Below are positions 9,763-19,614 of a stretch of 64,000 bases of DNA, piece after piece. A model generated the notes under the pieces. The model did no database searches and was not told the origin of the DNA. It saw only the letters and a program-made list of their open reading frames with translations. The stretch spans positions 3,296 to 67,295 of the forward strand of contig CALXTF010000006.1 of assembly GCA_944391335.1 (NCBI GenBank), given 5' to 3'. Source of the stretch: an uncultured Alphaproteobacteria bacterium. GTDB taxonomy: Bacteria; Pseudomonadota; Alphaproteobacteria; RF32; CAG-239. The position numbers were made by a program, and so were the translations under genes. The stretch's first letter is position 1; each line of letters begins with the position of its first letter.

Positions 9763-10615
9763 CTTGTGTCTCCAAGTCAATAAGATGGAGAATGACAGTA
9801 ACCGGCATTCCTTGTTTTAAAAAACGATTAGCGTCATCTGCGTAAACATTTAGTCGATAGACCAGATTTGCTCGTAATTCTTCAGTTTGCACATTTTTAG
9901 GTGTAAATTCAGCAATAGGGGAAATATAACCGACATATCCGGAATAATTTTTTTTACGACCGGTTTTAGGATCAATCGTATCAGTTATAATTGTTGCTCT
10001 TGTCCCATAGTCAATTAAAGCTAATTTTGTTTCCGGTAAATAAACACGAGCGTATTTAGGGCTGTCTTTGGCAAGAGTATAGATAATTTGCCCAATAGCA
10101 AGAGTTGATCCCGGTTCTTGAACACGATTTGTAATAATTCCATTATCGGGAGCATAAATTTTAGTATATTCCAATTGTTTTTTTTGGTATTGAGCGGCGA
10201 TTTTAGCAGCTTCGACAGCAGCTTCGGCTTCATTTTTCGCATTAGTATAAGAAATACAACTACGTTCGGAGGCGATTTTTTGTTTACATAAAGGCAAGTT
10301 GGTGTTCAATAGGGATTGAGCTTCTGCGAGTTGAGCTTTAGCTCTTTTGAGTTCGGCATTAGCTTTATCATAATTATATTGATAGTCTTGATCATCAAGT
10401 ATAGCCAGTAAATCCCCTTTATTGACATGATCTCCTTCTTCAAACAACATTTCCTTTAATGTTCCGGATACCTTAAAACTGATATCAATTTGTCGAATAT
10501 CGATATTGCCGTAAAGAATAATTTGATTAGTCTGATTTTTTTCAGACTTTAAGAAAAAAATGATAATGCCGATGATAAGAAGAGACATTAAAATATTGAT
10601 TATATATTTTCTCAT
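9740..10615 (-). CDS. HlyD-family membrane fusion (periplasmic adaptor) protein (YbhG-like)
   Basis: 291 aa with an N-terminal TM, a lipoyl-like GDHVNKGDLLAILD, a coiled-coil hairpin and a beta-barrel C-terminus. The 4-nt ATGA overlap links it to the TetR gene. Confidence 0.8.
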   Translation of the reverse strand: MRKYIINILMSLLIIGIIIFFLKSEKNQTNQIILYGNIDIRQIDISFKVSGTLKEMLFEEGDHVNKGDLLAILDDQDYQYNYDKANAELKRAKAQLAEAQSLLNTNLPLCKQKIASERSCISYTNAKNEAEAAVEAAKIAAQYQKKQLEYTKIYAPDNGIITNRVQEPGSTLAIGQIIYTLAKDSPKYARVYLPETKLALIDYGTRATIITDTIDPKTGRKKNYSGYVGYISPIAEFTPKNVQTEELRANLVYRLNVYADDANRFLKQGMPVTVILHLIDLETQDGQTIYN

Positions 10616-11232
10616 ATCTTACTCCTCGCTTGATTAATGATAGCCTCGCAATTTTGATGAATATTTTGTTTTATTTCCATAAGCAGTGAGGGTGTGTATT
10701 TTTTTATCTTCATTCTTCTAAGAAGAGCTTCTTTATGTAAACGAAACATAGCCGCCTGTCCAAATAGAGTATGGGCAAGAATCAAAATTTGTCGATCTGT
10801 TTTGGGTTTATGAAGTTCTTGCGCCAATAAGGCAGAAACTTGTTGATGAAGAGGTTCAATCACTTGTTGGTATAATTTATTGTAAGCACAAGAAGGACTA
10901 ATCATTTCATTAATTAATAGCAGCGCGTTGTCATCAGAAATATTATCACTGCAAAGATAATCAAAGAAATTCAAAATAATCATTTTAATTTGTTGAAGAG
11001 GCGTTTTATTATAAAGAGGCGAGGGGATATTTAAAAGATTTTGACGAAGCGTGAAAATTAAATTGTCAATTACGGCGAGATAGAGCATTTGTTTAGAACC
11101 GAAATAATAATTAATTGCACATAAATTAACGCCGGCTTGTTTTGTCAGTTCACGAGTTGAAACCCCGTCTATTCCTCCGCGAGCAAAAAGTCTGGTAGCA
11201 GTGTTAAGTAATTTATCTTTGGTGTTTTTCAT
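10612..11232 (-). CDS. TetR/AcrR family transcriptional regulator (CecR/YbiH-like position)
   Basis: N-terminal HTH ATRLFARGGIDGVSTRELTKQAGVNLCAINYYFGSK. First gene of the efflux operon. Confidence 0.85.
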   Translation of the reverse strand: MKNTKDKLLNTATRLFARGGIDGVSTRELTKQAGVNLCAINYYFGSKQMLYLAVIDNLIFTLRQNLLNIPSPLYNKTPLQQIKMIILNFFDYLCSDNISDDNALLLINEMISPSCAYNKLYQQVIEPLHQQVSALLAQELHKPKTDRQILILAHTLFGQAAMFRLHKEALLRRMKIKKYTPSLLMEIKQNIHQNCEAIINQARSKI

Positions 11233-11376
11233 TTTTCTTCCTCCGATAAATAATTTTTATTATATCAAAAGAAGATAATTAAGTCAATCGTTTGAAATAA
11301 AATCAATTAATTTTTTGTTGCGGTAGATAAATAAGTAATATATTATATATGATACATAGAAATTTTTAAAAAGGAA

Positions 11377-11700
11377 ATGAAGATGTATACTTTTATGACA
11401 TATATGCTTTTTTGTGTTGGAGGAACAATACCGACATTTTTATTAAGTCGTTTATTTATGTGGCTTAGTAAAAAAATATTTAATCAGAAACGAATAATAA
11501 TCTCCCATGTGATATCATTGATTGTTTGCGGAACGGTTTATTCGTGTTCTAGTGATGTTAATATTTCTTTTGGATTAAGTTTATATGCTTTACCTCAATT
11601 TTTTTGGTTAGCATATGATTTTTATTCTTTTGTTCGAAAAGAAGGTTTATTGAAAAATAAAGAAGAAGATTTAAAATTAAAAGAAATAAAAGGAAAATAA
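11377..11700 (+). CDS. Small hypothetical membrane protein
   Basis: 107-aa ORF with about 3 hydrophobic segments. Abuts the next gene (stop TAA, one base, then ATG). Confidence 0.45.
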   Translation: MKMYTFMTYMLFCVGGTIPTFLLSRLFMWLSKKIFNQKRIIISHVISLIVCGTVYSCSSDVNISFGLSLYALPQFFWLAYDFYSFVRKEGLLKNKEEDLKLKEIKGK

Positions 11701-11701
11701 A

Positions 11702-12328
11702 ATGAAAGTTTTGATGATTAATGGTAGTCCGAATGAAAACGGATGTACGGCCGCGGCATTAAAAATTGTTGGGGAGAGTTTATCACAAGAAGGGATTGTT
11801 TCAGAAATATTATGGCTTGGCAAAGGGGCGCTTCAAGATTGTATAGGTTGTCGAGCGTGTCGAGAGCTTAATAATCGTTGTGTCTTTAAAAATGATATAG
11901 TTAATGAAATAATAGAAAAAGCAGAAACAGCAAATGGATTTATTTTTGGTTCGCCCACATATTATGCACATCCTAATGGACGAATAATATCAGCTCTTAA
12001 TCGTGTATTTTATGCAGGTTCGTCAGTTTTTGCCGGTAAACCGGGAGCATCGGTAGTATCTGCGCGGAGAGCCGGTACGACGGCGAATTTGGATGTTTTG
12101 AACAAATATTTTATGATTAACCGTATGCCTGTTGTCAGCAGCAACTATTGGAATATGGTTCATGGCAATACAGTCGACGAGGTAATACAAGATCATGAAG
12201 GAGTTCAGATAATGCAAACACTTGGTCGTGAAATGGCGTGGCTGTTAAAATCAATTGAAGCCGGTCGTCAGGCGGGAATAAAACGACCACAATCAGAAAA
12301 TAAAATATGGACTAATTTTATACGTTAA
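11702..12328 (+). CDS. Flavodoxin-like fold NAD(P)H-dependent FMN oxidoreductase (iron-sulfur flavoprotein-like)
   Basis: MKVLMINGSPNENGCT start is typical of this family. Cys cluster CIGCRAC...C. FGSPTYY flavin-binding segment. Confidence 0.7.
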   Translation: MKVLMINGSPNENGCTAAALKIVGESLSQEGIVSEILWLGKGALQDCIGCRACRELNNRCVFKNDIVNEIIEKAETANGFIFGSPTYYAHPNGRIISALNRVFYAGSSVFAGKPGASVVSARRAGTTANLDVLNKYFMINRMPVVSSNYWNMVHGNTVDEVIQDHEGVQIMQTLGREMAWLLKSIEAGRQAGIKRPQSENKIWTNFIR

Positions 12329-12363
12329 AAAAAATAGAAGCTTTATCTGTTTGGCAATATTTT

Positions 12364-13368
12364 TTATCTTCCGAAAACAGCATCTTTTAAGCGTTTAAGC
12401 GTGGCTTTGGCGACAGGACGAGCTTTAGCTGCACCATTTTCAAGCATTTCTTCGACTTCATTAAAATGTGCGATATAGTAATTGTATTTTTCGCGCATGT
12501 CTTTAATTTCGTTAAGAACGGCATCAAGCAGCATATTTTTAATATGACCATAACCAAGTTTTCCTTGACGCAATCCATCTCCCATTTCTTGCAGTTGTTC
12601 GGAAGTTGCAATTGATTTATAGATTTCATAAACCAAAATTTCATCAGGATTTTTAGGTTCTTCCATTGGTCGAGAGTCGGTTTTAATTGAGAAAATAGCT
12701 TTTTTAATAGCTTTGTCATCTTCAAACAAAGGGATGACATTTCCATAAGATTTGCTCATTTTTCGACCATCAATTCCGGGAACAACAGCGACGTGTTCAT
12801 CAATAGAGTATTCTGGTAAAACCAATAATTCCTTATTGTAATGTGCATTAATGGCACCGGCGATATCGCGTGCGATTTCAACGTGCTGCACTTGATCTTT
12901 ACCGACAGGAACAATATCTGTATCATAAGCTAAGATATCCGCCGCCATTAAAGTCGGATAAGTGTAGAGTCCCATATTGATACCATCATCATCGGGTTTT
13001 CCTGCGGCTCGATTCTTATCAACCGCGGCTTTATAGGCATGAGCTTTATTCATAAAACCTTTAGGAGTATAAGCATATAGAATAGTTGTAATTTCCGGAA
13101 TTTCGGGAATATCGGATTGGCGATAAAAAACGGATTTATTCGGATCTAAGCCGGCAGCCAAATAAATGCAAGCGATTTCTTTAAGCTTTTGATTTAAAAT
13201 GACAGGGTCTTTTTCGGCGTTAATGGCATGGTAATCGGCAATAAACATATAATGTTCTTTAGCCTTTTTTCCCATTTTGATAGCGGGTTTAATCACTGCA
13301 AGATAATTTCCCAAATGTGGAGTGCCAGTCGGTTTAAGGCCGGTTAAGACTTTTTTGTCAGTAAACAT
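12364..13368 (-). CDS. trpS: Tryptophan--tRNA ligase
   Basis: 334 aa. HIGH-type TGTPHLGNY, KMSKS (GRKMSKSYGN), GKDQVQHVE. Confidence 0.9.
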   Translation of the reverse strand: MFTDKKVLTGLKPTGTPHLGNYLAVIKPAIKMGKKAKEHYMFIADYHAINAEKDPVILNQKLKEIACIYLAAGLDPNKSVFYRQSDIPEIPEITTILYAYTPKGFMNKAHAYKAAVDKNRAAGKPDDDGINMGLYTYPTLMAADILAYDTDIVPVGKDQVQHVEIARDIAGAINAHYNKELLVLPEYSIDEHVAVVPGIDGRKMSKSYGNVIPLFEDDKAIKKAIFSIKTDSRPMEEPKNPDEILVYEIYKSIATSEQLQEMGDGLRQGKLGYGHIKNMLLDAVLNEIKDMREKYNYYIAHFNEVEEMLENGAAKARPVAKATLKRLKDAVFGR

Positions 13369-13474
13369 TTCTTATAATTCCTTGTAAATTTCTATTGTAT
13401 TTATTTACAAAATTGATACTCTATGCAAAAATATAAGTCAATAAAAATTTAAGGATATATAAGGATATAAAAGA

Positions 13475-14752
13475 ATGCTGGATATAAAATTTATTATCGA
13501 GAACCAACAATTGGTGGAAGAAGGAATTGCAAAAAAAGGTTTACAAGTAGATATCAAAGGTTTGATTGCTTTACATAAAGATATCAATAAATTGAAAACG
13601 ACCTCACAGGCTTTGGCTGAAGAAAAAAATCGATTGAGTAACTCGATAAAATCCGCTTCTGCAGAGGAACGTCCGAATATTATTGCTAAAAGTAAGGCTT
13701 TAGGTGAAGAGTTAAAAGTTGAACAAGAAAAATTATCACTTGAACAAGCAAAATTTGATGAAATTATGTGGCGTATGCCCAACCTTCCCAGTCCTGAAAG
13801 TCCGATTGGAAAAGATGACAGCGAAAATGTTGTCAGAAGAAAGGTGGGTGAACCAACAAAATTTGACTTTACACCGCGAGATCATGTGGAATTAATGGAA
13901 TTAAACGGTTGGAGCGAAATGGAACGTATCACGAGAGTTTGCGGTTCAAGGACTTATGCTATAACCAATGAATTGGCTCGTTTGGAGTTGGCGATTCATT
14001 TGATGGTTATGGATAAACTAGCCGAAAATGGTTTTAGAATTATCAACGTTCCTTCCATTTCTAAAGAAAAACCATTATATGGACAAGGTTATTTGCCATT
14101 TTCCCGTGATGAAATTTACTATATGCCTGAAGATGATATTTATTTGTCAGGAACAGCGGAACTTATTCTAAATTCTTTACGCGCTGATGAAATCATTCCC
14201 GAAAACGAGTTGCCCATTTTATACGCCGGTTTTTCCCCTTGTTTTCGTCGTGAAGCAGGTGCCGCAGGAAAAGATACCAGAGGTTTAACTCGTGTTCACC
14301 AGTTTATGAAAACGGAACAATTTGTGATTTGTAAAAATGATATTAACGAGAGTGAAAAATGGCATAAAAAATTGTTGCAAATTTCTGAAGAAGTTTTGCA
14401 AGATTTGGAATTACCTTATCAAGTTTTGGAAGTATGCACAGGAGATATGGGGGCTCCCAAATACCGTCAGTATGACTTGGAAGCTTGGGTTCCGACACAA
14501 AATTGCTATCGCGAAACCCATAGTTGCTCGAACATTACCGAATGGCAGGCGCGTCGCACCAATTTACGTTATCGAGACAATTCGGATGGTAAAGTTAAAT
14601 TTGTTCATACTCTAAATAATACAGGTATTGCAACGCCACGCGCTTTGGTTCCTTTCTTAGAAAATCACCAACAAGCAGATGGTTCGATTCGTATCCCCGA
14701 AAAATTGCAACCCTATATGATGGGTAAAAAGTATATTGGTGGAAAGAAATAA
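13475..14752 (+). CDS. serS: Serine--tRNA ligase
   Basis: 425 aa. N-terminal coiled-coil arm. Class II motifs FRREAGAAGKDTRGLTRVHQF and TLNNTGIATPR. Confidence 0.9.
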   Translation: MLDIKFIIENQQLVEEGIAKKGLQVDIKGLIALHKDINKLKTTSQALAEEKNRLSNSIKSASAEERPNIIAKSKALGEELKVEQEKLSLEQAKFDEIMWRMPNLPSPESPIGKDDSENVVRRKVGEPTKFDFTPRDHVELMELNGWSEMERITRVCGSRTYAITNELARLELAIHLMVMDKLAENGFRIINVPSISKEKPLYGQGYLPFSRDEIYYMPEDDIYLSGTAELILNSLRADEIIPENELPILYAGFSPCFRREAGAAGKDTRGLTRVHQFMKTEQFVICKNDINESEKWHKKLLQISEEVLQDLELPYQVLEVCTGDMGAPKYRQYDLEAWVPTQNCYRETHSCSNITEWQARRTNLRYRDNSDGKVKFVHTLNNTGIATPRALVPFLENHQQADGSIRIPEKLQPYMMGKKYIGGKK

Positions 14753-14771
14753 ATTTGCCAAGATTAAAAGA

Positions 14772-14799
14772 TTGACAAAAAATCTCTTTAGGGTACAAT
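14772..14799 (+). promoter_or_regulatory. Near-consensus sigma70-type promoter of the 1253-aa gene
   Basis: TTGACA (14772-14777), 16-nt spacer, TACAAT (14794-14799). AGGAG RBS at 14814-14818 before ATG 14820. Confidence 0.55.
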
Positions 14800-14819
14800 T
14801 TAATTAAAAAATCAGGAGT

Positions 14820-17800
14820 ATGGCAATGGCTGAAAAAGTTTTGTTAGGAGATGCTCTTAGAACCATTGTTTTAAAGGGTTCACAAGAAACCGCGGCGGAC
14901 TATGAACGTCAATTGCGTGAGGCGGATGATGAACGCAAAAAAACTCAGGCCGAATTTAAGGAAAAAAGTGCCGGCAAAATAAAAGAGCTGAAACAACAAA
15001 TAAAAGAACTAAGTACTGAGATTAAAAACGCACCCTCCGAGAGAAAAAAAGAAATCGGTGAGCAAATCAAAATCCTCAATGGTAAAATTGAACAATACAA
15101 AACGCCTCCCGTCAATCGTTTTGCTTACCTTGACAGTAGTATCAAAGCCTATGCCGGCGCCCAATTATTGTTTAAGCCGATGTTGGGTGAAGAAGTTTTA
15201 AAAAGCAATAATATTGAATTCGGTGTAAACGAGCAAGGGCGGATAGAAGTTGATGCCGAACAATTAAGTAATAGTGTTTTAGGTGACAAAATCAGAGAAG
15301 CTGCCGATTATATTTTCGGTCGCACCCGTGAGTTGAATGAAAAAATAACGCAGGCATCGGATATTAACAATATTATTCGTTCCGATGCCAAAAATTTGTT
15401 GGGCCTTGATAATGTCGAAAAAATTGATTTTGATTTAATTGAACGTTGTCACAAGGCTTATGAAGCAGAAAAAGCCGAAAGAGAACGCAGAAAAAAACAA
15501 ATTGAACAACGTAAGCAAGAAAGTTTGACCGGAATTAAAGTTATTAAGGAATATCCTGACGGCTATTCGATAGTTGAGATGCTGCCAAGTCCTGTGTATG
15601 ATGAAAACGGTAAATTACAGTACCATACTTCGCTTAAATTTGAATCGGACGAAATGGGGCATTGTGTCGGCCGCGGCGGCTACAATCAACATATCGGCAA
15701 AGAAGGGTGGCACTTTTATTCTCTGCGCGGTGCGGACGAAAACGGGGTAATGGTTCCGCACTGTACTATTTCGATAGAAAACGGCAAATTGGCACAAATC
15801 AAAGGTAATTCAAACGGAGCAGTAAAAAATCGGTATATTCCCGATGTCAGGGATTTTGTAAAATCTCTTGATATGCCGATACCGGAATCTGAAAAATCGA
15901 GAATAGGCTATGTTAATGATTCAAACAATAAAGAAGTGGATTTGTTTGCTCTGAAAGAGAATACCCGATTGGATGAGCTGAGTTTGTCTGCCGGCGACTA
16001 TAAAGGGATAAATCTTGCCAATATTTCTTATGTGAAAACATTGAATTTTGAAGGCGGGGTAACCAGAAAAGATTTTGAGGAAATTGCTAAAATCGGCTTA
16101 ATAGAAAATCTGACGCTGTCAAATGAAAATGAGGCTCAATGCTATACGCAAACTCTTCCCAATGTAGAAAGGTTGGTTGTAAAAGGAAATTTTGACTTAC
16201 CCAATATCGGCAAAGCTCGATATATAAAATATACAGGCATAAAGGAATATGATTTTAATCATGATTATAGACGACTGAAGCAGCTGGAATTGGAAGAGGA
16301 CGTACCTCTTAATATTGAAAAAGCTCCGATACTCGAAGAGGGAATCCGTGGGGGAATATGGGGAGACGCCTCTAAACTTTCTACCAAAGAGTTACTTTCC
16401 AAAATGTTTGGCAGTAAGTGGGTGGAAAAATATGTTTTTGAGCAAGAAGGGCGTTTAATCGTTAATACAGATTTGGATTTTAAAAGACGGGGATTATCTC
16501 ATTTTCCGTATGATTTCGGCGATATAAAAATTAATGGAACACTCAATTTACGCGAAAATCAATTGATGGATATTCCTAATCCTATTAAATATCCTGAATG
16601 TCGAAAGATGATAATAAACAATTCCTATCAGAACGAAAATATTAATCGTTTTGATGAGTTGCCTTATTTGCCCGAGGGAATTGATTGCGAAAGTGATTTT
16701 GATTTGGAATTATATAAGGTTTCGTTCAAGGATATTTTAAAAAAAATAAATATAGGGGATAGAAGTAAATTTACGGAAAAAGGAGAAAAAATTTATTACC
16801 AAGGCGATTTGAATTTATCAAACGTTAATGTTTTGAATCAAAGATATTATTTCGATCTCGATATGAGCGAATTAAATGTCGACGGTTCGGTTAAGGTTCT
16901 GCATAACGCAAAATATTTACCCAATGCGAAAAAAATAGAAATCTTTAAAATAGACGGCAATATAACGTTGCCCGATGTAACGGAGCAGGTTGTTGTGTAT
17001 TGTGAAAGACCTTGTAATATCCAAGGAAAAAATCTAAAAACAGTAACATATAGTGATTATGTTCGCCTTAGTGTAAAAGAAGCCGGTAAAATGAATATGC
17101 AGCCGGAATATTATGGAAATTTTATTTTTATACCGACCGGTGATACAGAAAAAAAACAGAATTTGTCAGCCTTAAAAATAAGTGGCACTATAGGAATTTT
17201 TATTGATACGGTTTTTGATGAAATATCCTGTTTACCGCAATGCAAAAAACTTCGGGTTGATTGTCCGTTGACAGAAACGATGTTATCAAAAATAAATTCC
17301 AAAACGGAAACCATCTGTTGCCAAAATTTGTTTGATGTGGATATGTTACCGCCAAACAGCCAATTAAAATATGTTGATTTGAATTATCTACGAGCGGGCG
17401 ATGAAAAAAGTATCGACAAATTTATCCGCAAACTCTCGGAAAGAGGGATAATGATTAAATATTTAGATAATAATGTTGATTATTCCCAAGATTTGTCGGA
17501 TATTTTAGTTAAAAATTTTGAAATGCAATGGGATAGAGATATTAAAAATATTTCTAAATTTCCTAAAGCTGAAAAATTACACATTTTAAGTCCTGACGAT
17601 CATTTTGAAAAAGATTTTTTAAAAGACGCAACGCCGTATTTAAAAGAGTTGGAACTTGGTTACATGAATGAAAAGACGGATTTTTTAGCTTTGCCACCGG
17701 ATGTAAAACTTGAAAGAGTACATATATATGACAGTGCTGTTTCTTCCAATATTTTGAATGAGTTACCGCAATCGATTAAAAATATTGAATTTTTGAGATG

Positions 17801-18581
17801 CCGTAATAGTATTGATTTTGAACCGCTCAACAGACTGCCGAATTTGGAAAAACTTGAAATAAACCAAATGAATGTTCCGGCCAATGCTTTTGATAAAGTC
17901 GATCCGGAGCGCTTGAAGCAAATAAATATAAGCGGTGATACGCGAACGGTTATGCGCGTACAAGAAATTATAGCGATACACCAATTGCCGCCGACAGAAG
18001 AAAATAATAAGATTAAAAAACTTCATCAATGGTTGACGGACGACAAAAACAATATTGATTATAAAACCAAACAAATCGTTTTTTATTTGACGGCCGCAGA
18101 TGTGATGAAAGGTAAACACCCGCAACCGATAACGACGGAAGAGCTGTCGGCTCGGGTAAAAGGTATCGAAAAGTTTAAATTGGACAGCTGTGCTAAAATT
18201 ATAATGGCTAACGAACTCAATCATAAAACAGGCAATAACAAAATCGGCAGAACGGTTTTGGACGATTATAAGGGTAAAAAAGCCGGATATTATACTCATA
18301 TGTTACGCTATTATGACCAAGACAAAGATTTTGGTAAAGTTGGTGAAATCATGAAAGCGGCTGTTACTCGCAACATAAAACATCACCCAGATTTTTGGAG
18401 AGCGGAAAATATAGTCGAAGACAGAATGGATGCCCACCAACGGTCACTTCAGTCTGATTTTAACCGATTGCTGAATGACAGAGTAGAAAGTCTTACGAAG
18501 TATCATGAACAATCAAAAAACAAGACAAATACATACAGCTTTAATCAAGCCGTGCAAAAAATGTGCAAATGTAAAAGCTGA
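14820..18581 (+). CDS. Large multidomain protein: N-terminal coiled coil, PcfJ-like Cys/His motif region, long leucine-rich-repeat-like array
   Basis: 1253-aa uninterrupted ORF. Lys/Glu-rich heptad-like N-terminus. ESDEMGHCVGRGGY...WHFYSLRG...PHCTISIE.GKLAQIKGNSNG resembles the PcfJ-like family signature (from memory, unverified). From about aa 380 there are repeated L-P-x-x-x-x-L modules (LPNVERLVV, LPNAKKIEI, LPQCKKLRV, LNLRENQLMDIP, LPNLEKLEI). Confidence 0.7.
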   Translation: MAMAEKVLLGDALRTIVLKGSQETAADYERQLREADDERKKTQAEFKEKSAGKIKELKQQIKELSTEIKNAPSERKKEIGEQIKILNGKIEQYKTPPVNRFAYLDSSIKAYAGAQLLFKPMLGEEVLKSNNIEFGVNEQGRIEVDAEQLSNSVLGDKIREAADYIFGRTRELNEKITQASDINNIIRSDAKNLLGLDNVEKIDFDLIERCHKAYEAEKAERERRKKQIEQRKQESLTGIKVIKEYPDGYSIVEMLPSPVYDENGKLQYHTSLKFESDEMGHCVGRGGYNQHIGKEGWHFYSLRGADENGVMVPHCTISIENGKLAQIKGNSNGAVKNRYIPDVRDFVKSLDMPIPESEKSRIGYVNDSNNKEVDLFALKENTRLDELSLSAGDYKGINLANISYVKTLNFEGGVTRKDFEEIAKIGLIENLTLSNENEAQCYTQTLPNVERLVVKGNFDLPNIGKARYIKYTGIKEYDFNHDYRRLKQLELEEDVPLNIEKAPILEEGIRGGIWGDASKLSTKELLSKMFGSKWVEKYVFEQEGRLIVNTDLDFKRRGLSHFPYDFGDIKINGTLNLRENQLMDIPNPIKYPECRKMIINNSYQNENINRFDELPYLPEGIDCESDFDLELYKVSFKDILKKINIGDRSKFTEKGEKIYYQGDLNLSNVNVLNQRYYFDLDMSELNVDGSVKVLHNAKYLPNAKKIEIFKIDGNITLPDVTEQVVVYCERPCNIQGKNLKTVTYSDYVRLSVKEAGKMNMQPEYYGNFIFIPTGDTEKKQNLSALKISGTIGIFIDTVFDEISCLPQCKKLRVDCPLTETMLSKINSKTETICCQNLFDVDMLPPNSQLKYVDLNYLRAGDEKSIDKFIRKLSERGIMIKYLDNNVDYSQDLSDILVKNFEMQWDRDIKNISKFPKAEKLHILSPDDHFEKDFLKDATPYLKELELGYMNEKTDFLALPPDVKLERVHIYDSAVSSNILNELPQSIKNIEFLRCRNSIDFEPLNRLPNLEKLEINQMNVPANAFDKVDPERLKQINISGDTRTVMRVQEIIAIHQLPPTEENNKIKKLHQWLTDDKNNIDYKTKQIVFYLTAADVMKGKHPQPITTEELSARVKGIEKFKLDSCAKIIMANELNHKTGNNKIGRTVLDDYKGKKAGYYTHMLRYYDQDKDFGKVGEIMKAAVTRNIKHHPDFWRAENIVEDRMDAHQRSLQSDFNRLLNDRVESLTKYHEQSKNKTNTYSFNQAVQKMCKCKS

Positions 18582-18588
18582 CACATAG

Positions 18589-18613
18589 CCGCTCGTAATT
18601 ATGAGCGGTTTTT
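18589..18613 (+). terminator. Intrinsic terminator of the 1253-aa gene
   Basis: ccgctc-gtaattat-gagcgg followed by TTTTT, 8 nt after the stop codon. Confidence 0.65.
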
Positions 18614-18630
18614 AAAAAATATGCTTAAAA

Positions 18631-19059
18631 TTAAAGCGGCGTTGTATCTTCCGCAGCCCAAAAAGCGATAGGATTTTCTTTGCTCATTCCATAAAAAGAG
18701 TAAGTAAAATTACCGATTGCAATCCATAGGAGAAGCATGGCAAAAGAAAGAGCATAGGCGACAATATATTTTTTAAAGTTTTTATTTGCCGCAAACATCA
18801 ATGGTAAAGTGCGATAAAAAATATATCCACCGATAACCAGCGAAACAACATTCTCGAAGGTATAAAGATAGATATTGTCTTTACACTCAGTTTGTCCGGG
18901 GATGACAATGGTTATAAAATCTTTAATTAATAAATAGAAATATAGTCCCCATGCCCACAAGAAAAAAATTTGCAGGATGAGGATAAAAGAGGAAACAACA
19001 GGCCTTTGTTTAAAGTCTTGCAAGTAGTGGTTAAGGTAAGTAAAATTTTTATTATTCAT
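18631..19059 (-). CDS. Small three/four-TM membrane protein (candidate partner/immunity protein of the upstream toxin-like gene)
   Basis: 142-aa ORF with hydrophobic segments VVSSFILILQIFFLWAWGLYFYLLI, VVSLVIGGYIFY and IVAYALSFAMLLLWIAIG. AAGGA RBS about 9 nt upstream. No family recognised. Confidence 0.6.
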   Translation of the reverse strand: MNNKNFTYLNHYLQDFKQRPVVSSFILILQIFFLWAWGLYFYLLIKDFITIVIPGQTECKDNIYLYTFENVVSLVIGGYIFYRTLPLMFAANKNFKKYIVAYALSFAMLLLWIAIGNFTYSFYGMSKENPIAFWAAEDTTPL

Positions 19060-19096
19060 GTCAGTTATCCTTAAAAAAAATCGGAAACAGGTGTGT

Positions 19097-19303
19097 TTAA
19101 TATCTCAGAAACGACAGGTCTGGGTTCTTTTGCCCAAAAGGTATAGGCAATTTCTTTATATGTTCCGAACAAAATACTGCGAGGAGTTGTTCGTATAAAA
19201 AAAACGGCAAATAAATTCGATAAAAGAAAGAGCATAAGCCGTCGCGTATTTTTTTTAATCCGTGTCTATTATCTTGAGAAGAAGTTTCAATTTTGTTTTT
19301 CAT
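19097..19303 (-). pseudogene. Frameshifted 3' fragment paralogous to the 18631..19059 membrane-protein gene
   Basis: DNA similarity to the last ~55 codons of the neighbour. gcccaaaaggtataggcaatttcttt matches gcccaaaaagcgataggattttcttt, and aaaagaaagagcataagcc matches aaaagaaagagcataggcg. Spacing is 90 vs 86 nt. Translation gives KKYATAYALSF (vs KKYIVAYALSF) in one frame and LPIPFGQKNPD (vs NPIAFWAAED) in another. Confidence 0.6.
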
Positions 19304-19614
19304 AAAAGCCTCATATTTTATGGAGAAAACACATTCTTATTTATGTTTTAAATATAAATAAGAAAAAATCTAATATAAAGACTACAACATAAAAGAGAGG
19401 GTGTCAACTAAAAATTATTATTTTATCTACTTTGCAACCTTAAATTGAAATTTAATTGCTAAATTAAAGTATTCTAAATATATGACATAAATTTGATAAA
19501 GAATCAATATGCAAAAAAAATATATATATAATATTTTAGAGAGACACATAATAATAGGAATAAAAATATATTACATACTGTTAAAATTTTAGTTTAAAAA
19601 CAGGAAACAATAGT

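Noticed and set aside
6054-11232. Five-gene TetR / HlyD / double-NBD ATPase / two ABC-2 permease operon, considered as a candidate novel system.
   Set aside because: Gene content and order match the known E. coli cecR(ybiH)-ybhG-ybhF-ybhS-ybhR efflux operon type. The overlapping starts and stops are ordinary translational coupling.
17763-18299. 178-aa ORF antisense to the 1253-aa gene. Similar antisense or overlapping ORFs in the track include 12387..12746, 13438..13782, 31036..31380, 37368..37673, 51479..51820 and 2191..2604.
   Set aside because: All lie inside and opposite (or out of frame with) long ORFs that have clear family motifs. Their Phe/Ile/Leu/Lys-rich composition is what the antisense reading of AT-rich coding DNA gives. 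I saw no RBS or independent signals.
18561-18581. C-terminal ...KMCKCKS of the 1253-aa protein as a eukaryote-type prenylation (CaaX / CXC) motif, as seen in some secreted effectors.
   Set aside because: The Cys residues are at -3 and -5, so neither CaaX (Cys at -4) nor a terminal CXC/CC is satisfied. Too weak to claim.
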